Origin: Histomonas meleagridis 2922-C6/04-290x
Taxonomy: Eukaryota > Protista > Parabasalia
DNA length: 64,000 bases
Direction of reading: 5' to 3'
Assembly (NCBI GenBank): GCA_020184695.1
Contig: JAANOX010000218.1
Location: 248,001-312,000, forward strand
Shown: one piece after another, positions 1-11,467 of the stretch
Position numbering within the stretch: position 1 is the first letter of the stretch
Layout of the letters: the number at the start of each line of letters is the position of its first letter
Notes under the pieces: model-generated
Told to the model about the DNA's origin: nothing
The model's database searches: none
The model's input: the letters and a program-made list of their open reading frames with translations, nothing else
Made by a program: the position numbers and the translations under genes

Positions 1-165
1 GAATGAATATTCCTTTTCGTCTAAAAAAATAATAAAAAGTTTTCTAGAATCATTTCTTATAATGAAAAAAGCCTATCACTGTTTTTATAATTAGCTTTGA
101 CGCTATTCTGTCCTCGTGGAAATTTGTCACTTTTCTTTCAAGGGTAGATTTGATAAAATCTACTC

Positions 166-1566
166 ATGTCAAACTACAAAAAACAAAACAAAGAACGTGT
201 TTCAATCAAAGAAATAAAGAGCCCCTCCGACACAGGTGTTGGTTTTTCTTTATATCAAAACATCAAAGAATTATTTACTCAATTTCACAAAGAAAAGCTT
301 TGTTTCCATTTAGGCTCATTAATATCTATATGCAATAAAATTTCGGAACATATTAATCAGGTATCTAAACAAGAATTAAATACTGATTTTTTACCTGCTT
401 TAATTGCAGAATTCCAAATTAGAGATGACATGATGGAAATCTTCACTGCCTTTACGAATGGTGAAATTCAAGATATTATGCCTTTTCTTTCTTTAACAAA
501 TCAACTTACGCTTGTCACAGCTTCATTTTCCGAACCGCCTTACATCAGTTTCCTTCTTTCTTTTGCAATACAGAACTTTGGGAACTATCCTCTTTTAATT
601 CATATTTCATTTAATCTAATTGTTGATTGTGACATTCCACAACTCGAAGAATTTATTCAACATGGATGCCATAAGTTCTTTGTTGACCTTCTTATTAATC
701 ACGAATCCCCTCAAATCATTTCCAAATCATATAAAATCCTCCAATGCATCTTAACAAAATTTTTAGGTTCCCCAGATTTTTATATGGAATTATTAACATC
801 ATTATTAACACCACATTTTTCTAATTCAGATCAATATGTTCTTAAGCTTTGTTATAAGATTTTATTTATAATTTCCAAACTTGAATATAATGAACAAGAA
901 TTTGCTTATGTTATTGTCCAAAGTCCTTTTTATCCAAAAATATTCGCATTTTTAAATCTCGATTCACCATGTCCTTCATCAGCATTTAGGTTACTTACAA
1001 AAATCGTAAACATATTGCCTGAACAAGAAGTTCCAAATCTTTTGGGAAATTATTTAAATTGGAATGATATATGTCACTTTTTGCACGTTACCGATAGAAC
1101 TTTAACGGTCTTGCCTGATGTAATGAGATTTCTAACAGCTTTATCACTTTTAGGAACTTCTTCAATACATCAGATGATTATAAATGGGGTTTTTAATGAT
1201 ATTTTCCCATTATATTATGAAAGTAACTATAATACAAAATTGATAATTATTTATTTTGTTTTTAGCGCAATTAATAATGGTGCATATGCACAAGTATTGG
1301 AACTGTTTAGAATGGGTACATTACCAATTTTGATCGATATGTTGGAAAATGAAATGGATGAGTTTAATACACATCAAATTTTAAAGGCTATTCATAAGAT
1401 GTGGGAAGTATGCGGGAGTTTGAATAACAACGAGTTTGCAAGGTTTTTTGCAGAATGTGATGGGTATAATGTGCTTTTTGAGCTCTCTGTTTGTCAGGAA
1501 GAAGCTCAAAGTCTATCTGATTTAATTAAGGAGCCTATAGATCAAAGCATGGAATTTGGTTCTTAA
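166..1566 (+). CDS. ARM-repeat protein, importin-alpha-like
   Basis: 466-aa ATG ORF, helical-repeat composition; C-terminal 'FARFFAECDGYNVLFEL' resembles the last ARM repeat of importin-alpha. Product call is by resemblance only. Confidence 0.6.
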   Translation: MSNYKKQNKERVSIKEIKSPSDTGVGFSLYQNIKELFTQFHKEKLCFHLGSLISICNKISEHINQVSKQELNTDFLPALIAEFQIRDDMMEIFTAFTNGEIQDIMPFLSLTNQLTLVTASFSEPPYISFLLSFAIQNFGNYPLLIHISFNLIVDCDIPQLEEFIQHGCHKFFVDLLINHESPQIISKSYKILQCILTKFLGSPDFYMELLTSLLTPHFSNSDQYVLKLCYKILFIISKLEYNEQEFAYVIVQSPFYPKIFAFLNLDSPCPSSAFRLLTKIVNILPEQEVPNLLGNYLNWNDICHFLHVTDRTLTVLPDVMRFLTALSLLGTSSIHQMIINGVFNDIFPLYYESNYNTKLIIIYFVFSAINNGAYAQVLELFRMGTLPILIDMLENEMDEFNTHQILKAIHKMWEVCGSLNNNEFARFFAECDGYNVLFELSVCQEEAQSLSDLIKEPIDQSMEFGS

Positions 1567-1894
1567 AATATAATGAAAATTGTATTTATGTGTAAAAAAT
1601 ATTTTTTATTATTTATTATGTTTATGTTTCCTGTGTTGTGTTTTGATACTGTATTTTGATCAGTTACACGTACATTGTTGTTAATACTTTTTTTTATAAA
1701 CCATAGTTTTACATTATTACGTACAAATTTCCATTTATTACAATTCTTATTGTTTATTCCTCCAAATTTTATCTCTCAATCACAAATAATTAAACCTTTG
1801 GAAAAAATCATTGGTGATTCAGCTTTACTTAAAAAGCATCAAAAAAATAACGAATTGTTTATTGAGTTTTTGTATTAATACCGTTTATTAGCGG

Positions 1895-2938
1895 TTATTT
1901 TGTGAGGCTTTCGATCGAATTGTAAAATGACACCAACTTCAAAGCGTAAACCCAATTTCTGATCTCGTCATCATCATTTGCATAGAATGTGTAGCTATTA
2001 TTCTTGCTAACCTTTTTCTTGTTCTTTGAAAAGCTCTCACCGAATGCATTATTATCTAAACTCGAAATAATGAAATGAGATGGCTCCTTTCCTTTGGCTG
2101 GTACATATTGTGTTAAAACGTTAACAAGAGGAATATTAAGAGTAAGTTCAGTCATTTCCTTGTCTTTGAAAGATTGCATAGAATATCCATTCAATAAGAA
2201 AAGACGTTTCTTCTTTCTTTTAAGCACAGAGCCACTACCAACCTTGACAAGATCTCCCTTTAAATCTAAGTTTGGTTCATTTATTAGTTGAGTAAATGTT
2301 AAGAATAATGGAATTGGTCTTTCTTTCAACGATTCGTAGACTTGAAGTTTGTATTCTTTTGATGATTTCACGTTTTGGAGGATACTTAAGAATGTGTTAC
2401 TTGACATTGCTTTCGTTTTTTTCTTATTGATAGTAAATACGATTGCTGCAAGTGCAATTTTGACAATATCATTTTTGTTTTCGCATAAAAATGAATTAGC
2501 TGAGTAGTAAGCATCGGCAAATGAATCAAGAACAACAAGAACTTTAGCCATATCTGCAGGAAATGCAATTCTAGATAAAAGTATACGAATGGCATCAGCA
2601 AGAGGAAGATACTCAAGAGATATTGAAGAAAAGTAATAATAAAAAAGAGCTGAAGAAATTGATGGATTAGAGAAGAAAAATTGTGTGATTGCTCTTGGGT
2701 GGATTCCTTGACAATAAAACAGATATGGAGCAATATCGTATGAGTTCTTTAAGTATTGGGAAAATCCAATGGATTGAGCATTTTTGATAGTTGCAAGAGA
2801 ATTTCTGTTAAATTCATTTGCAAAGTTAGGTGGATATTGATAGAGAGGTTTGTCAACAGGTATATCTGCAGCATCTAATGGGGTACTTGGTCCAAGCCAT
2901 GTATTAAAATCGAGTCTAGAGCAATCCTTTACATTCAT
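1895..2938 (-). CDS. Divergent Sec7-domain + PH-domain protein (cytohesin-like)
   Basis: 'LADAIRILLSRIAFPADMAKVLVVLDSFADAYYSAN' aligns to the Sec7 core (ALRxFLxxFRLPGEAQKIxRxLExFAxxYxxxN); C-terminal 'KGDLVKVGSG...KKRLFLL...IRNWVYAL' is PH-like. Confidence 0.7.
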   Translation of the reverse strand: MNVKDCSRLDFNTWLGPSTPLDAADIPVDKPLYQYPPNFANEFNRNSLATIKNAQSIGFSQYLKNSYDIAPYLFYCQGIHPRAITQFFFSNPSISSALFYYYFSSISLEYLPLADAIRILLSRIAFPADMAKVLVVLDSFADAYYSANSFLCENKNDIVKIALAAIVFTINKKKTKAMSSNTFLSILQNVKSSKEYKLQVYESLKERPIPLFLTFTQLINEPNLDLKGDLVKVGSGSVLKRKKKRLFLLNGYSMQSFKDKEMTELTLNIPLVNVLTQYVPAKGKEPSHFIISSLDNNAFGESFSKNKKKVSKNNSYTFYANDDDEIRNWVYALKLVSFYNSIESLTK

Positions 2939-3459
2939 ATTCTTTTCGGTAAGTTATCTATTGAAAAAGTGATGTTTATCGTTTGATAAAATTCAATATG
3001 CGCTGGAGAAATGACGGTTTTTTTCGTTTGAATAACGATGATTATAAACGATATCTTTGTAAATTATAATTCAAAAAAATGTTTACATCTATCAAAAAAC
3101 TCTATCGTTATTATGGGACAAACGTTTATCGAGATGGTCCAATTTACTTCAAATAAAGTCAGCTCTTCATTTATTTAATAAAAATCCATTACACTCAGAT
3201 CAATAAATTAAAAAGATCCAGATATAAATTCATTCTACGTTCAGAAAAAAATTCAAAGCAAATTTTAAATTAAGCACCTGAAATTTTTTAATTTAGAATA
3301 AAAAGCATACTCAAAATATGCACGAGATTGCATATTCATAGAGAAATGATTTCTAAATAATGATTTAGTCGGAGAGGTGCAAGTTTTTAGGGTGGTAATA
3401 ACAAACCATTGGATATGATCGGTTAAAAGTGACGTTTCCCGTATCGTATCTAAGGATTT

Positions 3460-5739
3460 ATGGATGAATTTTTGGGTTTGATACTTGAGACCCAAAATCC
3501 AGATAATGAAAAGAGAAGTAAAGCAGAAGAATTAATTAAAAGTTACATAAAAAATTCTCCTACTCTCTTTGCGGGTAAACTCTTCGAAGCAATTAATCTA
3601 AATGCAAGTAATGAAAAAGTATTAGCAATTGGATTAATATTGATAAGTCACAACCTGAATTTGTTTCTTGACAACAAAGTTTTGTTATTTATTTTTTCTC
3701 TTTTTACACATAACAATCAAGTAATCCGAAATCTTTCAACACATATTTACACAGAATTTTCCAAAATATTATATGCAACTCATCACAGTTCCGAACCTGT
3801 TCAATGTGTTATAACTAATTTAGAAAATAATACCAATATTGAATACATCAATTCAACGTTTCAATTTCTCACAGCCTTTTTGATTTCTTTACCATTATCA
3901 GATCCACTTTCCAACAACACGACGAATTTTATTCTCACATATTTTTTTTCCAATATTCAATCTATTGATATCACAATAATTCTTTTAGAATCTATTTCAC
4001 AGATAATTCCACAAATATTTTCATTTCTTCTTGATGATCAAAAGTTCGAGCACTTCATGCAAATCATTCTTAGTGGATTAAACATAATTGAATTGAAATC
4101 GCGCATATATAAAGTCTTCATAAAAATCATAAAATTTTCATATTCCAAATTATCCGTTATTCCGCAATTATTTTACCAATGTTCACTCTCAGATTTAGAG
4201 ACCACAAATGACGTAAACATTGTCATTAATGTAATTGATTTATGGAGAATAATTTGTTTTATTGAAACAAACGAAGAATTTTCGAACCAATTAATATATA
4301 CATATTCGACATATTTGCTAATAATTTTAAGTAAGTTTATGAATGTTGAGAACGAAGAAATATCCGAAATGTCATTTTCTTGTTTGATGGATATATCTTC
4401 TTTGATTCCACAAGTAACAACACGATTTTTCATCGAAAGTTTTAATGAAACGATTCCGCCGAACGTAATTTTAAAGTTTTTATATTTGATATTTTCAACA
4501 GCGGACTTTGAGTTATATTCTGAGTATTTCCCGAATTTTATTGTTATTATTCATTCTTCGCTGAGTTCGAACATGAACGAATTTAAATTTTTCGCATTAA
4601 AATGTATAAAAGCTTTAGTGAAAAACTTAAAAATTGAAATAAATTTCTTCGAACAATTTTTTAATGAGTTAAAAATATTATGGAATGATAACAATAGAAA
4701 AATTGCAAAACTTTCATTTAAAATTTATAATTTAATTATTTCGAAATCTAATGAAATATTAATAAAACAAACTATTAATGAGTTTTATGATAATATTAAT
4801 ATTAATAACTTTCATTATATATCGGATTTTGTTTATATCATGAATTGTATATTAATAAATGAAATTTGTTTAAAAGATATAAATTTTTCTCAACAATTAC
4901 TTTCAAAGACTTTTATGTTATTAAAATTTTTTTTAGAAAATGGAAACTTTGAAATCATTAACTCATTGATTTATGTTTTGTATAATATCTTTAAATCAAA
5001 CAATTATAAATATTCGATTTCGAACATTATTAATCCTTTAATTGAAATTTTAATGATAATTTATAAACAATCGAATTTCGATATCGAAATTATACCTTTA
5101 ATTTTTTCTAGTATTTCACTCTTCGATGAAGATTCATTTTCACCATTTTTAGTACCTATAACTAATTTATATTTAGAGATAATTCGTTTGCAAATTACTG
5201 AGCAATTCGTTATTATAATTTTGTCATCAACTTGTCAGATTTGTTTTAATAAATATCGAAATTTAATAAATGATATTGTTATTAATATTTTACAAGTAGT
5301 TTTAAATGAGAAAGATTTAACATATCAAACGTTTTCGGTAGTTTTGGATCTTTTTGCTACGTTTTTTACATCAAATTCTGCTTTTCCAAATGATTTGCTT
5401 ATAAATGTTATAAAGAATATCGAAATAATTGTGAATGCAATGTTAGATATATATAATAATTATCATAGTGATTGTTTCACAGTTTTGGATTCCATTATGT
5501 CTTTCTTTATAGAAATCATTGACTGTAATGATATTAATTTGATTAATTCTTTAATGAATTTGTTTTTCGGGTTTTTAAATGCAATAATGGAATTAAATTC
5601 GTATACAAAAGATATAAAATTGAAAATATTAGAATTATTTGATAAATTAATAAAGGTAAAACCAAATGAAGTAAATGAATTTGTAAGTAATTCACCAAAA
5701 TTTTGTAATTTCTTAAATAAATATAATGTTTTTAAATGA
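3460..5739 (+). CDS. HEAT-repeat protein, importin-beta-like
   Basis: 759-aa ORF; N-terminus 'ETQNPDNEKRSKAEELIKSY' resembles IBN_N; hydrophobic helical repeats throughout. Confidence 0.6.
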   Translation: MDEFLGLILETQNPDNEKRSKAEELIKSYIKNSPTLFAGKLFEAINLNASNEKVLAIGLILISHNLNLFLDNKVLLFIFSLFTHNNQVIRNLSTHIYTEFSKILYATHHSSEPVQCVITNLENNTNIEYINSTFQFLTAFLISLPLSDPLSNNTTNFILTYFFSNIQSIDITIILLESISQIIPQIFSFLLDDQKFEHFMQIILSGLNIIELKSRIYKVFIKIIKFSYSKLSVIPQLFYQCSLSDLETTNDVNIVINVIDLWRIICFIETNEEFSNQLIYTYSTYLLIILSKFMNVENEEISEMSFSCLMDISSLIPQVTTRFFIESFNETIPPNVILKFLYLIFSTADFELYSEYFPNFIVIIHSSLSSNMNEFKFFALKCIKALVKNLKIEINFFEQFFNELKILWNDNNRKIAKLSFKIYNLIISKSNEILIKQTINEFYDNININNFHYISDFVYIMNCILINEICLKDINFSQQLLSKTFMLLKFFLENGNFEIINSLIYVLYNIFKSNNYKYSISNIINPLIEILMIIYKQSNFDIEIIPLIFSSISLFDEDSFSPFLVPITNLYLEIIRLQITEQFVIIILSSTCQICFNKYRNLINDIVINILQVVLNEKDLTYQTFSVVLDLFATFFTSNSAFPNDLLINVIKNIEIIVNAMLDIYNNYHSDCFTVLDSIMSFFIEIIDCNDINLINSLMNLFFGFLNAIMELNSYTKDIKLKILELFDKLIKVKPNEVNEFVSNSPKFCNFLNKYNVFK

Positions 5740-5940
5740 ATAAACTATTTCTATATATTCATTTTTAGTTGCTAATATAAGTCATGTTTGAAATAATTTA
5801 ATTTGGATTAAAATATTGGAAATTTGAAACATAATTATGTTAATTTTTAAATTAACAAAATAAATATTTTTAGTATCAATATCAATTCCTTCTTGTTGTA
5901 TAAGTAATTTAACTATTTCGCCCAAATCGTAGCGGTTTTG
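5730..5940 (-). pseudogene. Degenerate ankyrin cassette-spacer fragment
   Basis: Reads EIVKLLIQQEGIDIDTKN, then a 78-nt spacer (5788-5865), then FQT*LILATKNEYIEIV; has an in-cassette stop and a deletion. Confidence 0.7.
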
Positions 5941-5941
5941 T

Positions 5942-5966
5942 TATATATATATATATATATATATAT
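5942..5966. repeat. (TA)n microsatellite
   Basis: About 12 TA units seen directly. Confidence 0.95.
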
Positions 5967-6075
5967 TTGTTTTTTTATTTCATATGTTTAAAACATAAAA
6001 TTGGTTTTGCTTAAAATCAAGATCTTGATTTGTATATCTATAATCACAAATTTTTTTTTTATATATTCTATTTTA

Positions 6076-8558
6076 TTAGTATCTAACATAAGGAGAAGGC
6101 ATATTAAAAGGAATACTTAACTTAGAATAAAATATTTGAACTATATCAAAACGACCACAGGAAGCAGCCCAATTAATTGCTGTAAACAACATTTTAAATA
6201 AACTCCAAATATGTTTTAGAAATATTAAAATAAAAAAACAAATTCTAAGCAAAATTATTAAACATCTTTGATAAGAATATTAGCACCTTTTTGAAGGAAT
6301 AAATTAATAATATCGATTCGACCAGATCGCGATGCATACATAAGTGCTGTCCAATAAATATTTGTATAAATTCCAAATTTTGTATTTAAACATTAATTGA
6401 CTAAAATAAACACAAAATAATTTATTAATATATTTTGAGCATCTACATTAGTATTTTTCTGTTCAAGAAGTAATTTAACAGCATCGATGCTCCCACTTGC
6501 AGATGCATACATGAGTGGTGTTTCGAAAAGATTGTAAAAATTCCAGAAATTTATTTAGCAAACAGAAAATTAAGTAAATTAATAATCAAATCAATAAAAA
6601 TGACTGTTTTAGCATTAATATCAATTCCTTTTTGTGAAAGAAGCAATTTTATCATTTGAGGATTAGATAATGTAGCTACATACATCAAAGGAGTTTTATA
6701 TAATTTAAACAAATTCCAAATATTTTAATGAAACTTGAAATTAATAAAAATAAAATTTAAATATCTTTAACATTAATATCAATTCCTTTTTGTTGAAGAA
6801 GTAATGTAACAATTTCGATATAACCTTTTTCAATTGCATAAGTTAAAGCTGTCTTAAATGAAACAAATATATTTTAAATGCTATAAATGAATTTGGAATT
6901 ATTAAAAAGAACATCGAAAATTTAATTTTAACATCTTTTGCATTAATATCTTTTCCTTTATGCTCAAGAAGTAATTTTATGATATCAATGTGATAAAGCT
7001 CAGTTTCAATTATTAATATTGTTTTAAATATTATAAATAAATTCCAATAATTGGTTTGAAACCATATAAATTTGAAACAAACTTTAAAAAATTAACTTAA
7101 ATATTTTTAACGTTAACATCAATACCTTTATGTTCAAGAAGTAATTTTACTACTTCTACGTTATGATGATAAGCAGCAATCATTAATGCAGTTCTATATA
7201 AAAGAAATAGTGACCTAATATTTTATTCATACATCAAAAAGTAAAAATAAATTCTAATTAAAATAAAATAATATTTTTATAATTTATATTCAATGATTTT
7301 TGCTCAAGAATAAGTTTTATTAAATCAATATTATTTCCTTTTAGTGCTATATTCATTAACGCAGTTCTAAATAATTTAAATGAATTCCAATTAAAATTTT
7401 TAAACTGCAAATAACTAAAATTAATTTTAAATAAAACGAATATATATCTGTACCATTAACATCAACATTCTTTTGCTCAAGAATAAATTTTACCATTTCA
7501 ATGTTTTGCGATTCAAGAGATGCATTTAGAAGATTAGCAGAAAGATATCCAACAGTTAGAAAATGCTTTACAATGTAAATGTTTCCTAATTTTACAGATT
7601 CAATAATTATATTATAATTAGGTTTTAATCCTTTTTCTTCTAAAAAGGAATATATTTCATAATTATGATAAATAATACATACTAAACCTAATTCTTTTAT
7701 CTTTATATCATCCATTTTATGTTCGAAAAGATATTTGAAAAGATCATTTCGATGAAATTGTATTGCTGTAATATATGATTCTTCAAAATCACCATCATTT
7801 TGTTCACAAAGATGAAATATTTCAAGATTACCTCCTGCAACTGCAAATTCACCTGAACATGGATAAGATCTATGTGACATTATAAACTTAAAACATTTAA
7901 TAGATCCATAAAATGCTGCATAATTAATAAGTGAAACATTATGATCGGATAAAAATGTACATCTCTCAAAATAAGGATGTTTAATAACTTGATTAAAATT
8001 AAAGTTTGGATTTGATGATAGTTCTTGTAATTTTCCGATATCATCATTCTTTATTATCGTTATTAGATCATTTGGATGTTCTTTTCGAATTTTTTCATCC
8101 ATAGTAAGTAGCTGAAAATTAGTAGAGAAATTCTTCTTCTTTTGTGCAACATTAATATCAACAAGTCTTTCTTTAATCAGTTTTTCCAATATGAAATGCG
8201 ATTCTTGTGTTCCTAACCATAAAATATAGTTAGCAAATATTTTGAAAATGTTACATTTAGTTTCGTTTTGAATTTTTTCCTTTTCTCTTTTTTCTATTCC
8301 CTTCATAAATTTGAGATACATATCGAAGTCATTTAGTTTTGCATAAAAAGACATATATATCAATTGAGAAAGTACTTGATTGAATGAATATGGAAAATTC
8401 AAATCTAATATATTCATTATTTTTTCAATAGTTTCTTCAATATTTTCTTCTCTGAGGCTCCAAATAATATTTTGTATAGTTTTTAGATATTCAATATTTT
8501 TTTCTGGTGCAGAACTTTGAGATTCTTTCTCTATTGATAAAACCACAGTCGAATTCAA
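6076..8558 (-). CDS. DUF3447-like/ankyrin-repeat gene interrupted by 8 AT-rich spacers (array 1)
   Basis: ORF 7356-8558 (LINYAAFYGSIKCFKF...GEFAVAGGNLEIFHL) is followed by stop-free cassettes 7365-7273, 7192-7103, 7022-6933, 6852-6763, 6694-6605, 6521-6432, 6350-6264 and a terminal exon 6183-6076 (TAA). No ATG at the expected N-terminus. Confidence 0.7.
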
Positions 8559-8838
8559 ATTAGAATGTGTACGTTTACAAAATCAATTAACGGTCTCCCT
8601 TTCCTAATGCACCACCCCAAAAGAGGATTAAAGAAAACGAATGAGATAAAATTCATCAGTTTATGTAAATAAACTGGTGAAAAAGTTACATTATCACCGC
8701 TTTTTACAACGTCTCAAATAACCAGCACAATTTCAATTCATATGTAAAAGACGATAAATCAATTTGATGACTCAACGTCCTTTCTTGAAAAAATGGCAGC
8801 TTCAAAATAACCACTTTTGAGACGTTTACGAATAAACA

Positions 8839-11076
8839 ATGAAAACAAACTCTAATCAAGAACTACCATCATTCGCAAACATACATCCTTTATTTCGCCT
8901 TGTAAATACCAAAACATTATGGTTTGGTAAAGTTAAATTGATGAATAAGCATGGAAATTTTCATAACAGATATTTAGTAGTATGTACAATGGGTCTTTTT
9001 GTTCTTGAAAAACGATCATTCCCACGCTCGTATATACTTTCAAAAACTATTTCTTTTGCGGAGATAAATTTAATTCTTCTTTGTCAAAATAGTGTTATCA
9101 TAACAGGAAGTAACCCTCAAAATGCAGTAACATTTGCATCACAGGACATTATGAAAATCACCTCTATAATAAATTCTGCAATAACAGCATTATTTGGGGA
9201 ATCAATCAACCACACATTTCGATTTGAATGCGCAACAGATGTCAAACCAGAGTTTGCTAAGCAAGAATATAAATATAAAACCGATTCTGTCCTTGCTGAT
9301 AGGTTTACTTCTTTTCTTCTAGCAAATCGACATTTATCAAAATCTACAGCTGTTGATCAAATAGCTGAAACAATTGAACTTCTCAAAGCCACCAAAGATA
9401 ACTTCACATTTACAGGTGATATCACTGCCTCCAGTTTTATTGATGCAATTGGCGATTCAATTGCCAATGACAACAATATTTCCAGTCTCACATTTAAAGG
9501 CCTCAATTTCAGCTCATTTCTTCCACATTTTCTTCCAATTCTTCAAAACAATACCAACATTACCAAACTTACATTTATCTCTGTCACATTTATAGATTCC
9601 ATCGACAACCTTCCCAAATCTCCATCAAAGCCATTATTCCCTGTTCGTGAGCTTCATTTCATTGGATGTGAACTTACTACTAGTTCATTTCTTTCATTTG
9701 TCAGATATCTTCAAACCATTGGTAGTGAACTTTTTTCTGTTTCATTCGTCAAGTCACAATTCTCTGAGAATACCATTGTTAATCTCTTTAAGTTTTTCCA
9801 AACCTCAAAGTCATTTGACTCACTTCGTTCGCTTCATTTTGAGGCGGTTCGTTCGAATCATTTCCAAAAGTGCCTAACAAATTTATTTTCGACTGAATCG
9901 AAAGGAAAAAAGGAACTTATCAGTCTCTCATTAATTGACTGTGGTTTAGATCTCTCAGTTGTATTACCTGTTATTGTTGCATCTGAAAATATTTTAGAAA
10001 AACTTTGCTTATCGAAAAACAAATTTACAAATCCACTTGAACAACAAATTAATGACTTTGGAGAAATCACAACAATATCATTTTCTGAATGCTCGTTTTC
10101 TGTTAACTCATTAAAAGTATTATTTAATTCATTATCATCAGCAACAAATCATCCAAATTATCTCTTGTTTGACTCTATCCATTTAGATTCCGAATCATTT
10201 TATGATGAACTCTTAGATATACACTTACAAGATTTGATGAACTTATCTTGGAAAAAAAATAAAATGAATTCGACATCGGCCAAAAAATTCTTTAATTTCT
10301 TATCAAATCATCCAGACTTATTCCAGCTTGATATTTCAAATACATTTATAATGGATGATATCGATACTTCCATGAAATATTTCCTCGAATACATCAAAAA
10401 ATGTAAACTGAATACGTTAATTATTAGGGGTGAACAGCCGACCGTTTACGGTGAGCATTTATACCCAATTTTAGAGGAATTGACAAACGGTGGTTTCTCA
10501 TTGAAAGTTTTGGACGTGACTGGCCAAGAAATCAAAGAAAAAGGTCTCGATTATTTGTCTCAAATTGTCGCTAACGGTCTCGAGGATATATCGTTCGACG
10601 GTTCGGCGGTTAAGTCGGTCGATGCGTTCATTCATTTTTGCCAAGGAATTATTTGTTCAGAATTGATAAAGGCTCATTGGCCCGAACGTGATGAAAAGCA
10701 TTTGTTGTCAGTGGCATCTGTTAATCAATCAATTCAAATTAAAAAATTGATAAAACCTATCAAAAAAGAATTCATTGAACATTTCGCTGAAAACTTGGCT
10801 TTACTTTCACACACGTCAAGTTCGCGTTCATTCTCTGAAATGTCACGACAAAAACTTCAACAATATAATACAATGACAAAATCGAGAAGTGGATCGCATT
10901 GTTTGATGATAGGAAGCTCAACAATACAATTACCAAAATTGGTTAATACAAGCGATTTAATCTTTAGAGAAGAATCCATATCAAAATTATGTACAGAATG
11001 TTTGGGATATGAGCCATCGCTTACAAATGATGTCCTTTTAACAAAATATTATCAAATTTTAAATAGAACGAAGTAA
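8839..11076 (+). CDS. PH-like + leucine-rich-repeat protein (CARMIL-like)
   Basis: N-terminal 'WFGKVKLMNKHGNFHNRYLVVCTMGLFVL' is PH-like; ribonuclease-inhibitor-type LRRs follow (LISLSLIDCGL, LEKLCLSKNKF, LFQLDISNT, LKVLDVTGQEI). Confidence 0.7.
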   Translation: MKTNSNQELPSFANIHPLFRLVNTKTLWFGKVKLMNKHGNFHNRYLVVCTMGLFVLEKRSFPRSYILSKTISFAEINLILLCQNSVIITGSNPQNAVTFASQDIMKITSIINSAITALFGESINHTFRFECATDVKPEFAKQEYKYKTDSVLADRFTSFLLANRHLSKSTAVDQIAETIELLKATKDNFTFTGDITASSFIDAIGDSIANDNNISSLTFKGLNFSSFLPHFLPILQNNTNITKLTFISVTFIDSIDNLPKSPSKPLFPVRELHFIGCELTTSSFLSFVRYLQTIGSELFSVSFVKSQFSENTIVNLFKFFQTSKSFDSLRSLHFEAVRSNHFQKCLTNLFSTESKGKKELISLSLIDCGLDLSVVLPVIVASENILEKLCLSKNKFTNPLEQQINDFGEITTISFSECSFSVNSLKVLFNSLSSATNHPNYLLFDSIHLDSESFYDELLDIHLQDLMNLSWKKNKMNSTSAKKFFNFLSNHPDLFQLDISNTFIMDDIDTSMKYFLEYIKKCKLNTLIIRGEQPTVYGEHLYPILEELTNGGFSLKVLDVTGQEIKEKGLDYLSQIVANGLEDISFDGSAVKSVDAFIHFCQGIICSELIKAHWPERDEKHLLSVASVNQSIQIKKLIKPIKKEFIEHFAENLALLSHTSSSRSFSEMSRQKLQQYNTMTKSRSGSHCLMIGSSTIQLPKLVNTSDLIFREESISKLCTECLGYEPSLTNDVLLTKYYQILNRTK

Positions 11077-11467
11077 ACATTTGTTATTTTGGAATTTCCA
11101 AATCGATTTGTCTTTTCATTTGCCGATCATTACACTTTCAATTTTGACTGCTTTAATTTTTTGGATTGATTCAAAATTCTGCGGTTTCCAAATCCCCGTT
11201 GAAAACGGTTGTTGTTTTTAAGCAAAAAACATTATCGGTAACAGAAAAAAGTGGCATGTAAATTAGGGCAGCCCATTTTTCCGCTCGAGGTGTACACCAT
11301 TGAAAATTTCATTCAAAATTTTGTTTACTAATCAAAAAGTCATGTCAATTTGACCCCTATCGCTCATTCATTTAAATAATTATTTAAATTGATTCAAAAA
11401 TTTTATTTCAAAATTCCGAAGCGAAAAACCGCCCCAAGAAACTCCCGAATCACAAGTTAATCGAGAG

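Noticed and set aside
6076-7445. Alternative genetic code (TAA/TGA read as sense) explaining the spacer stops
   Set aside because: Conserved genes here end in TAA, TAG or TGA, and most spacers also shift the frame, so reassignment would not restore the protein.
6076-7445. U12-type AT-AC introns
   Set aside because: Spacers begin with AT/GT but lack the ATATCC 5' motif, the TCCTTAAC branch site and a consistent AC end.
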